DNA of 64,000 bases from the NCBI GenBank assembly GCA_051362555.1, contig CM120641.1, positions 43,406,401 through 43,470,400 on the forward strand, written 5' to 3'. Source of the stretch: Lingula anatina. Its lineage: Eukaryota; Animalia; Brachiopoda. The stretch's first letter is position 1; each line of letters starts with the position of its first letter. Shown here in pieces: positions 14,101 through 27,250 of the stretch. The position numbers were made by a program, and so were the translations under genes. The notes under the pieces are model-generated. The model saw only the letters and a list, made by a program, of their open reading frames with translations, ran no database searches and was not told the DNA's origin.

Positions 14101-16027
14101 AGGATGGGGTGGGATGGTCTGTTTTTAGATTGTTCTTTAAAGTTGGATTGATTTTGAGAACATTTTTTTAAAGGTCAACTTATTATATACAGCTGGTTTA
14201 AATATCTATACTAATTCAGCTATAAAAGGCACTTTATTTTATAGAGCTCTCTCAGAGAAGGGTACAGATTTAGAAAGAATTTTTGACCCACTTTGCTTGA
14301 TAGGCTGCAATGTCTGGTAGTTAGCTGAAAAAAAAAACCCAAGAAGTTAATATAATAAGATTAAAGGAATGATTTTAAGACTTGTGAATTTAGGTAAACT
14401 TCAAAGCATTTTATTCCAACTACAGGAGCTATATTAATTTAAAAGTTGAGACTTACTGTATGTCAGTTATCAGATGATTTACCCCAAATCAGTGGTAAAA
14501 CACTGCCTGTAAAATAAGTATATAGATAAATGAAGAAACTGGCAAATAACATGAGAGAACAAAAGCATCATGTCTCCATCATTTTCCTAATTTCAGTGTC
14601 CACAGGTTGAGGAAGGCTGTTGGGGGAGCTATGAGGCAAGCTGGAGTTCTGGCAGCGGCTGCATTTGTTGGCCTGGAAGAAACAGTACCATTGCTGCACA
14701 AAGACCACCAGCATGCAAAGAAAACAGCTAGAGGTTAGTGCAGGGATGGGTCATGTTGGAAAGAAGTTTCCTATAAAAAAGTGATATCCTACGTACATAA
14801 TTATATATTTTTCCTGTAACTTTAAAGCAGTTTTTATATCAGTTATATATTTACATTTTATGTACATACTAGTACACAGTGTCTCTGCACATACCCATCA
14901 CTTGTCAGTTGCTATTTCATTGCCATGCACTTTGGGCTGTAAACACATTATATGGAAACCTGCATTTACTTATTATCCTCAAACTAATTGGAGTGTTTTA
15001 TGACACTAAAATACTGGTCAAGTGTGAATAGCAATTTTATTGGATTATTTTTCTTGAAGTTATGCCGTAATTTGTGAATATTCATTTTCACACATTGGCA
15101 TTTCCAATGTGTGGCATTGAATTCCCATGAGACTAAAGTCCAATGCTATTTACTTTAAATGAATGTCCATCTTAACTGTGGAACAAAATGAAAAATTGAT
15201 GGTGATTATGTTGTTAAGTATTGTGTAATTTAGCATCAAAATAAAAAACTATTTTGTGCACTACCATCATTATTTACCAATTTATTGTTGTACATTTAAC
15301 AGATACAAGCCTTGTTTATTAATCAGGAGAAACTTTAAGATGATACTGTAGCATTTTGATTACACCCAAAGTCTCATCAGCATGTAGTCCTGTTGCAATT
15401 ATTTTTGCCTTTTCTTCTACAAATTACACTGACTCAAGTGCAGGGTTGGCTGAACATTTTATAACTGTCTTTGCCTTATTCTTTAGCAATTGCAGGTGCA
15501 AACAGTTCATCAGTTCAAGTTGATGCAGAGGGAATACACAGCAACTTGCTCTATGTTGACCTGTTCAATGGTGTAACAGCCTCCAGATTTATTGATAGAC
15601 TGGCTAAGGTGATTTACATGTGTTCATTTTTATTAAAAAGTAACTTTTTACTTTTGCTTTGATTTGAAGGGGACTAGATTTCCTAATTAGCACAAAAATT
15701 ATGAGTGGCTTTATTCGAGGAATGTATTAAAATTAAATTTTTTAATCTTGAAACTGAAAGCATGACTGCTGTATTTTTGAAAACAGTATTCATGATTACA
15801 TTAACTTTCAGACTATTTAGCATACACACACATATGAATAAGATAATATTTATGTATTTAAGGTGACGGAGCAAGAGAAGGCTGACCTGAAGGAGAGCAT
15901 AGTGGTCCAAGGAGGGGCTTATGGCACCCACCGAGTCAGATTTGTCTTCTACAGAGATATAAGTTCAGAACAGACTGACCTGGCTATAAAGAAGATCCTT
16001 TATGTAATACAGGAAATGTCTGGCTAA
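11134..16027 (+). CDS. THA1: Low-specificity L-threonine aldolase (PLP-dependent, Gly1/LtaE family), 9 coding exons, N-terminal mitochondrial-type presequence
   Basis: Exons 11134-11374, 11571-11654, 12220-12308, 12936-13118, 13508-13645, 13975-14030, 14597-14733, 15487-15608 and 15863-16027 join in frame. Motifs: [63 protein letters not shown] (PLP lysine), GGAMRQAG. Confidence 0.96.
13270..14245. repeat. Pair of diverged ~110-bp copies in two THA1 introns (about 13270-13385 and 14140-14245)
   Basis: Both copies share aagttggatt...ttttttaaaggtcaa...atacagctgg.ttaaatatct...taaaaggcactt...tagagc. Confidence 0.7.
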
Positions 16028-17094
16028 CCAAACTAATTAAGAAATTCACATACTATATCCAGTATTATAAATAGGGATCAATCACACTGACGAGTACCAG
16101 TACTGTATTACATTTGTATCGATTATTCACTAAACAGTACAGCACAAAGGAGTATAGTATCAGAAAAAAAAACTGATACATATTAGGATAAGAGGTCTGT
16201 TTAAGAATATAATTCTCTGTTGCTAGTGGGGTTTCATATGCAGAAACCTGTTACTTATCTGACAGAAATATCCTGCTAATGATGATCTTATAAGTTGTTT
16301 GAGAATAGAGGCCAGTTAATTGTCAGTGAAAGGTGTGCAAGTTCCCATAATTACCTCTATATTTATTTTGCTAGGTGCAAAAGGGATGAAGCATGAAAGA
16401 AGAAATTATTTTACAGTTTCAAGTTCACAAAATGAACACACTAAAAGGATTTTTTCTTGTAAGAGGGAAAAGCTGAAAGCATAATTTTCTATCAATAGAT
16501 TTTAAGTGTGATAAGGTGCAGACATGTTTATCAACTGCACAATTTCAATCATTTCATTGGACTCGGAACATTTATATATTCTATTGCATTCAGTTTATTA
16601 TCTAATAATATTATGAGCACAAATAAGAGTAACTTAAATAATCACAAAGTATTCTGTCACAGCTCACAGCATGGTTATCAGCATTAATTTATCTTTATTT
16701 AATTTTAATTAAAAGTATTGGACATAACCTTGAATTCATCCTCTGTATTTTAAGATTCCCAATTAAAATATTTTAATAGAAGGACAGCAAGCTTTTAATT
16801 ATATTTGGCACAGTCAATGTTTTACTGATGCCAAAATAATAATAAAAATGTTTAAAATTTTTTCTTTATAATACATTTTATGGGTGCACAATCAATGTTT
16901 TACTAATGCCAACACAATAAAAATGTTAATTTTTTTTTCTTTATTCATTTTTATGGGTGGAAGAAAAAGGGTTGTAAAATTGAATGAAACAGAACAAGTA
17001 TGGGAGACAACACAGAAATAAAAGATAAAATGGAAAAATCAGTCACAGCACAGGCCCAATGCCTTGCAGAGCCAGCATGCATAATCCAGGGTGT

Positions 17095-17376
17095 TAATTA
17101 GAATAACCTTGTCGCAGTGCTATTGCCATGTGACTTCATACATTATGTGCAAGTCTTAAACATATCACTGTAAACCTGCTGATGGATCGTGATTTGCAAA
17201 AAAAAAAAATCGAAAGTGACCTTCTAGCCTTAATTTATAAGAGTCACCTACATTTGATGACAAACTTGCCTACCAAATTCAAGGACCATAGGCAATTCTT
17301 CATATATTGCTCAGACAAAGTTTGGTTCTGGACAAACCACAGCAGTATACCCCAGCTTCTTTGAAGGGGGCATAAC
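17095..17376 (-). mobile_element. Degenerate HINE/pearl(CvA)-like element fragment
   Basis: The gtgaccttctagcc...cctaccaaattcaaggaccatagg core and the terminal ataccccagcttctttgaaggggcataa hairpin resemble mollusc Helentron-associated elements. Confidence 0.55.
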
Positions 17377-18489
17377 CGTAAATCTCAACTGGTAAATTTA
17401 TATATTCTATATTTGCTCAATACCAAGTAAATCGCGATTATAGATTTAACCATTACAGGTTAAATTAAAAATACAGAATGGGGATTTTTTTTCCTTTTTG
17501 TGAGTGGGAAAAAGACAAGTTTTTAAATATCAGACATTCTGTGGTGTGTTTTTCTATAAGTTTTTAAAATGTCCATTTAATAAACTTACATAGATATCCA
17601 GCAATAATGTTATTGACCTATTTGTGATTCAAAGAGAAACATTTTATAAGTGTCATTATCAGCACAATTTTTATTTTCTTTAATAATAAAAATGGACATA
17701 AACATAAAGTGTTTGGATAATCCTTAAGCATTTTTCGAGTCCAAATTTTATTTCAAACTGAACAGCAACATGCTTTAAATGTTGTAACCAATCTTTTACT
17801 GATCAGATGTCAGTAGAATGAAAAATTAAAAATTTTACTTTTTTTCATTCTTAAATTTGTTAATTTGGTTAAAACAAATGCTGAACTAAAAGATCTATGG
17901 TATGGGAATATATACTACACTTTCTTTTTTTCAAAATGAACTGACAAATTCAGTCACAAAAACATTACAATTAAGTCTCAAACATGGAGGTCACAAACTG
18001 TCTGAAAACACTGGGACAGTGCCTGGTGTACATGTAGATCTACATAAGTTTTGTCACCTGGTCCAACAGCCAAGTATAACAGAGGCAGTAATGGTTCATG
18101 CAGCTGCTGAAGTTTTCAAAACACAAACCAGAAATGCCAGCATTTAATCGCTTAATGCTATCTTTACTTCCTTTAGTATTGGCATCTTCAACTGAATAAC
18201 AATAAAATGATTCAAGATTCTTTCACACAAGGAAATAGAATTCAAATCGGAGTTACAAATCTAAAATATAAATATGCACAAAACATTATAATGTATACTT
18301 TTCAAGACCTAAAATATGCATAATATAGACATTTCTAGTATGTCCTTGATTAAGGAAGAATGTTAGCACTTAGAGCTGTGTGTAAGATAAGTTAACATGT
18401 TTTACTGTCATTAAATAAAGTTTATTATTATCAAATTATTATTATATTAGTGAAATACAATGAATTATTTTTAATTAATACTTTCAGTC

Positions 18490-18742
18490 TCAGCAAGTAA
18501 AATCCATTGGTAATGTATTTTCCTTGGACTGGAAAAGTTGGCGTGCCAAGGGGTTGGTCTGCTGTGGTGTGCAAAATGGCGTTTTATTTGAACGCTTTGG
18601 AGACTCTTTGACAGGTGACTGAAAACAAGCACGGCAGACGGCTAAGTATTTGTCTGCTCCACCAATTACCTCCACCTGAAATATACAGAGAAGTTTTATG
18701 TTACAGTAAACAAAAAATACAATTTAATGGTGACTTTCCAAA

Positions 18743-18776
<34 letters not shown>

Positions 18777-21339
18777 GTACAATAAATGAAATGTGTTATC
18801 TTAGGACATCACTGAAAAATTCATCTTATCATACTGGACTACCTTTAAAAATTGAAATCAGACTTTTTTGTATCTACTCGACAGGGATAGTAACATACTG
18901 AGATATACCTCAGTTTCATTTCCTTTCCTCTTGGTATAAGATGCATCCCCATAGCATATCATGCATACAGCATTAAGCTTGATGATGTTTTCTGCCAGTG
19001 GAACCAGGTTCAAAATATTCCCAAATCCCTGTTACAAAAGTGAGGGTGTAAATAAAAAGTTAATTGAAAATAAAGTTGTGTACTAGGTTATGTATCACAA
19101 TGTACGTGTAATAACTGATCTAAAAAATGTTAAATGAGAACTTAATGGTAAATATTTTATATTAATAATTGCCATATTTAAGTTTTTAAAATACTATTTC
19201 CCTGAATTGAATTTCCATCCATTTAGTTCCCAATTGATGTTAAATTACCTTTCTTTGAAAAGTTCCATCTAGTGCTGCCACAATGACAACCTTTCCCTTG
19301 TTTGCCATGTCTTCACAGAAATCTACCACATCAGGAAACTTCAAATGAGAAAACATTTTTTACCAAGTTATATGAATAAGTATTATTATACTTTAAAAAC
19401 AAAGCATTTGAATAAAATCTGGCAGGTTTGAACAAAACTAGGTGGATCATGATTTAAATATAAACAAATCCCAGACTGATATAAAAATAACATGTCATTT
19501 TTTCAAGAGTGCTCCTTTTAGGGGCTTTCTGGTGAACTTTTTTGCAATAATTACACCTGCTTTCTTACACAGTGACATGTAGTGATATAAAAGTGACCAG
19601 CATTACTTCACTGGGGATCAAAAATACTCCGCCAATAATAATAATAACCACAAGTTTTCTGACATAGCATTACATACATAACACTATAAGCTCTTCCTTA
19701 TTTCCTTTTTACTAGAGACCTAACAAGAAAAGACTATCATATATACTTACAAACTGTCCCTCGTCAATACCAATCACCTCTGCCTGCTTTGCCATATCAT
19801 CAAGATCCTTCAGTTTGGTGGCAGCAACTGCTGGTAATATTTGCCTTAAAAAAGGGACCAAATACAATAAATACAAAAATTCAATATAACAGGGATAAAT
19901 GTTGCATAAAAAATATTTAAAAACAATAAAAGTACATAAAGGCACACATTGCTATATGGAGATTATTGAGACATAAATACAAAAGAAATATCTGGAAAAT
20001 TCTGAAAGACTTTCATCTCTATAAAAAGCAAAATATAATTGAGATTTTTTTTTTGTTAACTCTCAGTTTACATTAAAAATTTTTCACGAAAATGTAGAAG
20101 ATCAATACTTAAAATCAGATACTCTTTAAATAGTAAATCATTGTATTTTGACCAAGCAGCTGGATAATTTTATCCAAATCAAAATGTGGATGCAAAGTAA
20201 GAATGAATCTGTCATAAATAAATAAATAATATTTTTTGGCTTCAGCATTAAGCTAAAAAATTAATATGATAAAGTAAGCCCAGTTTTAAACATTCTTACC
20301 TTTTAATACCAAAATTTTGTGGTAAATAATTTGAACTTACCTGTCATGAGTGGCCACGCCTCCTTTGTCATATCTGACATCATTAGCATATTTAATAAGA
20401 AGGCAATGGTAGTTTGCTATCTGGTATCTTTTCATCCTTCGGATAAGTTCTGTGCTGTAAAATTATTAATGAAATTAAATATAAAAATATGCTTTCCATT
20501 TCATTGACATTCATCATCTGGGAAAATGTTGTATTTGTAGAAACACTGTTAATCTATGTCAAAGCTGTTTTAATAAAATGCTTTTGTAATTACCTGTGGT
20601 CTTTTTTTAGTTTTAATCACGTTTAATCCAGCCCATTGAAATACTATGTGAAAATCTACCATGCATCTTGCAGTCAATAACTTGCCGCGTTTTCATTAGA
20701 TGAACAAGAAAATGTATAAAAATTGTAAAAAACTGTTTGAAAAGTGAAAGCTACGGGGGGGGGGGGGGGGGGGTATACTACAAAAGTACCGAGATATTTT
20801 TCCCTTAGCTTACCTTTTTCCAGAGAACATTGGACCAAATATAATCTGAAAAATAAATCAGAAATTTGAACATACTTAGAGCAAAATAAAATCCAAAGAA
20901 ATCGGGCAATTTCTGAAATATATACAATAAAATACACAACATGTATAATAAGAATAAATTATGATATATAGTATTTACAATTAATCTCGTCTAAATGTTA
21001 CATTATAATTATATGAATATTATTTGAAAGCGGATGCTGATAATTTTTTGGCTTCTCCCTGCAGTTTTATTCTATATTTTGTGCCATTTCTAAGTAAATA
21101 ACTTAGTTCAAGACCAAAGTTCCCGTGAACAGGACTGGTGGGGGGTCCTAAATGCTAAACGTATGTTGTAAATTGTAATCAATATACAGTTAGCGATCAA
21201 AGCAAATCATTCAAGTTAATGCGCAAAGAAAACTGTGCACAATAAAACACACTTCACAAGCAGTGTGAACTATTACCTGTAATTGTCCTTTGTTGCTTAA
21301 ATCTGGAGATAAATTTGTCATATTCACACAGGATGTCAT
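18490..21339 (-). CDS. TK1: Cytosolic thymidine kinase 1 (7 coding exons)
   Basis: Exons at about 21277-21339, 20814-20845, 20341-20454, 19751-19844, 19249-19338, 18908-19028 and 18490-18675. Motifs: [21 protein letters not shown] (P-loop), [26 protein letters not shown], Zn ligands CMIC and [13 protein letters not shown]. Confidence 0.97.
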
Positions 21340-21572
21340 TGTTAATACTTTCTGCACGACCAGATACACCAAATCTTCGCGGTATTTTGATCCCACATCT
21401 CGTGTTATCTCGTTAGTCTGTTTTCAAATTTTCCATAATAACCCATCAAATACTTGTCTTAAAGTAAATTATATATGCATTTTACCTTGTTTTGAGCTAA
21501 ATAAACCTGCTTCTATAAAATATCAGCAGCTTTTGGGTATTTCCGGTTGGTGTTGTTGACATGACAACAAAC
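21340..21572. promoter_or_regulatory. Bidirectional TK1/CCDC96 promoter
   Basis: Start codons are only 233 bp apart. Contains X-box-like GTTGACATGACAAC (21555-21568), ETS-like TTTCCGGT (~21540), TTTGAA (CHR-like) on the TK1 strand at ~21423-21428 and TTCGCGG (E2F-like) at ~21376. Confidence 0.7.
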
Positions 21573-24500
21573 ATGGCCGACGAACAGGTATATATGACTT
21601 TTCTTTACGAAGAATTTTAACTGTGAATTCTGTCACATTGACGTAAATATAATCTTAGTTAAAGTCTATATATTTTCCAAAGTCAGGGTATTTTGTGAGG
21701 GGTTGTATTTATTGAAAGCAGTGGAATTAGCTTAGTGTCGCGACATTTCTGTTCGTTCAAAACAAGGAACCCAAATAAATCTTATGTTGGATCCTAGGTC
21801 AACAGACGGGGGTCCAACAGAAGGTTATCAGCAGCAAATTAACGAGAGCTTACTACAGTACTAGGCTATGATACTGGGTTATGTTTTTCTGGATATATAA
21901 ATATTTATAGATGAATCTTTATGACCACACTGAATGTACAGTACTAGTACCAGTACCAAAGCTGGAACTTTTACAGTTATAAAGCCAGTGACCCAGTGAA
22001 GCTGTTTTTACCTTTTGGCTGAGAGAGACATGTGTAGACCCTTGGTCATATATAGAAGTGACCTTAAGCAATGTATAGAAATGAACATCACATGCTCATT
22101 ATGCAAGCTTTTCAGTCATGTGTACTAATCTTCTTAATTTCTAGTTTTAATCAACATTTATCATTAATTTCCTCAGCCAGCAGAACAACCAACGGAAGGT
22201 GCAAATGAAGAAGCCCCTGCAGCTGAGGAGCCTGCTGCGGAAGCTCCTGCAGAGGCCCCAGCTGAGACAGGTGCAGAGGCAGAGGGAGCAGCAGAGGAAC
22301 AACAACCTGAACAGCCCCCTGCAGAAGCACAAGAAGGTAATATACTGTATACTCATTAAAATACAGTAAAATTGGTATTAGACTTTAATATTTTCCTCAA
22401 AAACATTTTCATTTGCTCTGTCTCCTGCATAACTACATGATGCATTGAAAATCTGTGATGATATAATGAAGTAAAATATTTCATAAGAATTAACTGCATA
22501 ACTACTTGAAGCTAATGAATCAATATTAAAAATCTGCAAGGGTATGATGACATTGTATACATCAATAATATCATATTGCAGACACAAGTATGGAATCTTC
22601 CACAGTTTGAAAAACTATTCATTTTCCCTGTAGGTGGTGAAGCTCCCCAAGAAGATGCAGCCCCTCCAGCTGAGGAGGCTGCAGCAGAGGGAGGCGAAGG
22701 GGGAGATGAGACAAAAGCTGAGGGAGAGGAACAGAAACCAGATGAGGAAGAACCCAAGGCAGTAGGAGAGGAGGCTGTGCCAGCTGAGGGGGAGGAGGCC
22801 AAGCCAGTGGATGAGGCAACAGAAGGAGGTGAAGCTCCAGCAGAAGGAGAAGGAGGAGAGGCTGCAGAGACAGCAGAGAAAACAGAAGATGGTGAGACTG
22901 GACAGGAGGCTCAGCCTGCTGAAGGTAATTGGTGTATATTTATCTAATTCAAATTTATATTCCAATTATTTGATTTATAATTTCCCAAAAGTTTACCTTG
23001 AAAATTTATTTCCCATGTTATATTTTTAGCAAATAAACTAGAGATTTGGAAAGTTTGTTAAGTAATTTGTCATTTGTATTACAACAAATTTTGTTGAAAG
23101 GTTTCAATGAGGTTGCCTTTTTCCAAATGTCCCATGCTTCTTCTGTAGGAGAAGGCGAGCCAGCAGAAAAGCCTGCTGAAGGTGAAGAAGGAGAACAAGC
23201 ACCTGCAGAAGCCGGGCAGGAAGCTCCAGCTGAAGGTGCTGAGGAAGGAGCAGAGAAACCCCCAGAAGGTGAAAAAACAGAGGAAGAAAAACCCAAATCA
23301 CCTGTACCTCAGGTAAATTACCTGGCATTCTTATGTACCAACTACCTGTGTAATCAAGACATAATTTGCAGAGCACAAGAATCTTGTTCAGATTGATTTA
23401 AGGCATTGGTCCTTTATACAGTTTCTTAGCTACTCACTGCGAAGCTGCACAAGGTTCTTTACCATGCAATATTATAACAGAATCGATCAATTATTTTAGT
23501 TCAGTTATATCAGCTTACTTTCTTAGAATAAAAGTCCTTGTGACTTGACTCATAATTTGTTTAAATGTACTGGTACATGTTCATGCAAGTGTGCCACACT
23601 TTTTCATTTTACATCTATCTGACCCCCCTCCCCCCCCCCCCCCCCCCCCAAAAAAAAAAAACAAAAAACATTTTTTAAAATTGTTATTTACATGTAACTT
23701 TTTTTCCTCCTCAGAGTGATACCTTTGCAGAAGGGGAGAGACCAGAGAGCCCAGTAGCAGTAGGAGAAAAACTTTCCCGTGAGGGCAGTCCCACTGGGGA
23801 GAAGGAGAAAACTGATGGCCCTGAAGCTATTAGACCATCTACTCCTGATAGAGAAAGTATGCTTATTTGATTATAATTTATTTTAGTCTTCTAAACATTG
23901 GTGAAGCACCTTAGAAAGCTTTGTTTTGAAGTTAAGCATTTGATTACCTTTTAAATTGAAAGAAAATGAAAATTGTAGAATATTTCGAAGTTTTAAGTTA
24001 ATGACAAAAATTCTTGAATTATCGTGAATAAGCACTGACTGATATTCCTTACCATTTTAGTATCTGACTTGGACATACCACGGGATACAGCAATGGATGA
24101 TATCATTGAGGAAGAGCCAGCAGGACCACTGATCAGCAGGGAGGAGTTAATAGAAAGATACCATGTAAGTATAACAACGATCAAAGCAAAAACTAGTTAT
24201 AATTGGCACAGACAATCAGGGAATATCTTTTATATATTATCTGTTAAAGGTACGCATTACTGAATTATAAGTGTGTTTATGTTTTTGTATTAGTATCTAT
24301 GTCATATGATGTCTCAGTGTTGCAATCCTTTAGTCACCAGTTGCCATTCCTGGAAAGGGAGGGTGGTGTATTGAATGGAACTAAATTGTTAATATTTACA
24401 GTATAAACTGTATACTGGTACATACATTTTTTAGGCTGCCATAGCTGAGAGAGAGCAGCTTCAACAACAAAACTACCAGTTCCAGCACAAGCTGGCTGAA

Positions 24501-26764
24501 GTGTTTAGAAAGAAGAAGACTGATGATTCTGGCAAACAGGAAACAGATAAGAATGTGACAGATCAGGAACAGAGATATTTGAAATATATGGGTAGGTGTT
24601 GTCTCCAACAGTTTTATTGCAATTTTTAGATTGTATTTTTCAAAATCCTGTCATGTAGTAAAAAACTGACTACTCATTTTTTAAAATAAATTGGCATCTC
24701 ATCTCATTTCATCCGTAATTTATCAAAATAAGAAAACTGCATATCAAAATCTTCAGTATATGGTATTGGCTAAAATGATAAAATTAAAAGTAAAATTGAA
24801 TTGAAAGTAAAGAAAGTATCATATAATGCCTGATTTCAGCCAACTTGGATGAGCTGCGTAGACAGGATTCCCAGTTGAGGGAGGAGTACAGGAACCAGAT
24901 AGAGGAGCTGAAGTTTCAGTGCCAGGAGCACCAGTCATCTGTGGATGAGGAGAGGGAGAGATATATGGAGTTTAAGAAACAAGTGGCACTGAATTCCATC
25001 AACTCCAGATCTGGGAAACCAATCCCTCCCAGGGTAAGTGTAGCCATGGGAAAAGATCTTGTAGGTCACCAGCTCTGTACATTTCCAAATATTCTATGAT
25101 TTTTTTTTTCTTTGTCCTCAGTGTCCACTCTGGCATTATTCCACTCTGGCAACTCTTTTTATCAATACTCTTTTGAGTACTTAAATGTGGGCATTGCCGA
25201 TTCCTGAAAATGACAAATTTTATTAATAGCACATTTGTTTGTTATTTTTGCAGGATATTGAGCACTTTTTATTACAAGAAAACAAGAAGGAATCAGAAGT
25301 TGTCAATGTCAGGCTGGAAAACATAAAGCTGAAGAATAAACTGAGAAAGAAGGAATTGCAACTCAAATCTAAGGTTTGTATCTTGCTGGCTATTTGTAAT
25401 AAGAGTAATGTAAAATGTTCCTTTTTTGCAGACACTTGTCACTTCCATATTTATTCATTTTTATTATTATAATTTTATTAATGTTATTATTATTTGATAT
25501 ATCATAAAAATGAAAATTAGTTTTACACCTGATTTTAAGTAAATTGATCAGCATTTTAACATATTCAGTAATTTTCAACATTTCGTAATATTATAGTATT
25601 TTACACACCAACCATGGAAACAAAATATTGTCTATTGCAGGAAGAGCTTGCAGCTGGTCTTCACATGATTGACTTTGAACAGCTCAAGATAGAAAATCAA
25701 ACTTACAATGAAAAGATTGAGGAGAGAAATGAGGTAGGTTTTTGTTATTTGTTTGAGCATAATCAAAATTTTGGTCTGTTATTATTTAGAGTACATAGCA
25801 AGGCAAAACATGCTCTAATGAAGTGGAATTGTGTCAAGCTTTCAGCCAGTCCCAATACAAGGATGAAGAAAAAAACAAGTAATATTTTTAAACTGCCTTT
25901 ATCAAGACAAATTAGTTATATTTATCTGCAAAATGGAAAATAGCGTGCTGTCATTCATCTAGACCAAAATTTTATTGTAGGAACTTCTAAAATTGAGGAA
26001 GAAGATCACAAGCACTGTGCAAGTGTTGACTCACCTGAAGGAGAAGCTGCAGTTTGTGCAGGGTGAAAATCACGTCCAGAAACAACAACTCAGAGAGGTA
26101 GAAGCCCTGGTGGGAAGTGTAAGTCTTCAGCACTTCGCTTTATTATAGTTTAAATGTAGTGTTTAGAAATCTTATCTCAAACTTTACAAGTCCATTTCAT
26201 GTCATTTTAATGACTTTTTTCTCAAGAGATGAGAAAAACTAGCTATAGTATCAGTGACAATGCGAGCCAATTTTTTAGATTGTTTTTCATTTTCACATTT
26301 GCCAACTAAATGCATACATACAGTGATTTGAAAGTGAAAAGCTGGCATGCATTACAATTGAGTTCAGAGTAAGACTAAAATATTTACCCCTCTAGTAATT
26401 TCATTCGATGTAGAAACATGAGCCATTTTCATTTATACTTTTAGCACAGAAGTGTGGAAGTTGCATGCATACAAGTTGCAAAATAAAGTCCATGATTTCT
26501 TTTCTTTTTTTTTTCCAGAAACGAGACATCCTTTCCAGAACAAAACAAGCCAGGGATGCATTAAGAATAGATAACCAAAGACTGAGACAAAACTGTGGCC
26601 TGCTAGGAAATGAACCTTTGTTGAGAGATTTTGAGGAAAGAAAAGATGATAGTGAGGCACTGAATAAAAAGTTAGAGGACTTAAAACTCAGGCATGCTGA
26701 ATTGACATTAAATACAACAAGTGTCAGAAGGAAACTGGAGCAAGCCAGAACAGGACGGCCATAA
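21573..26764 (+). CDS. CCDC96: Coiled-coil domain-containing protein 96 (CFAP184, DUF4201) with long acidic E/A/P/G-rich N-terminus
   Basis: Starts ATG GCC GAC GAA CAG/gt, followed by exons at about 22177-22336, 22634-22924, 23149-23312, 23715-23856, 24061-24164, 24435-24591, 24840-25033, 25254-25373, 25641-25733, 25981-26118 and 26519-26764. Hallmark segment: LHMIDFEQLKIENQTYNEKIEERNEELLKLRKKITSTVQVLTHLKEKLQFV. Confidence 0.93.
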
Positions 26765-27250
26765 ATGTCCTCAACTTATAGCTAATGTGACACTGCTGGA
26801 CTGACTGCAAATGGATATATAACAACTCTATAGCAAACTTGATACTTTATTTGCTTTAAAGCAGTCACATTCAAATCCACATTCATACCAAAAAAAAAAA
26901 AAAAAATTTATCATATCCATTTTTGTAAAAAATGTACATACATACATGTTAATATAAAATATATAATTATCAACTGGATATTACTCGTTTTATTTTTACA
27001 CTTAACTTTGAAAATAGTATTTTATCACCACTGTGATCTTAACACGATATTTCTCATCTTTTACATTTCCATACCACATACATTTTCTACAAACACTGTA
27101 GATTGTAAAAGCTGTCAAAACATTTAGTATGGAGTAAAACTTCTGCAAACAATGACAAAATTGGATTTTGACAAATTTATCCAGGTGATAACCCCTGTCC
27201 CATGTTCTTCTAAGTCTGAGAAAAGCAAAATGTGTCACATCCGTTTCACA

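Noticed and set aside
22147-23376. Several antisense or alternate-frame ORFs over CCDC96 exons
   Set aside because: These are shadows of low-complexity GA-rich coding sequence.
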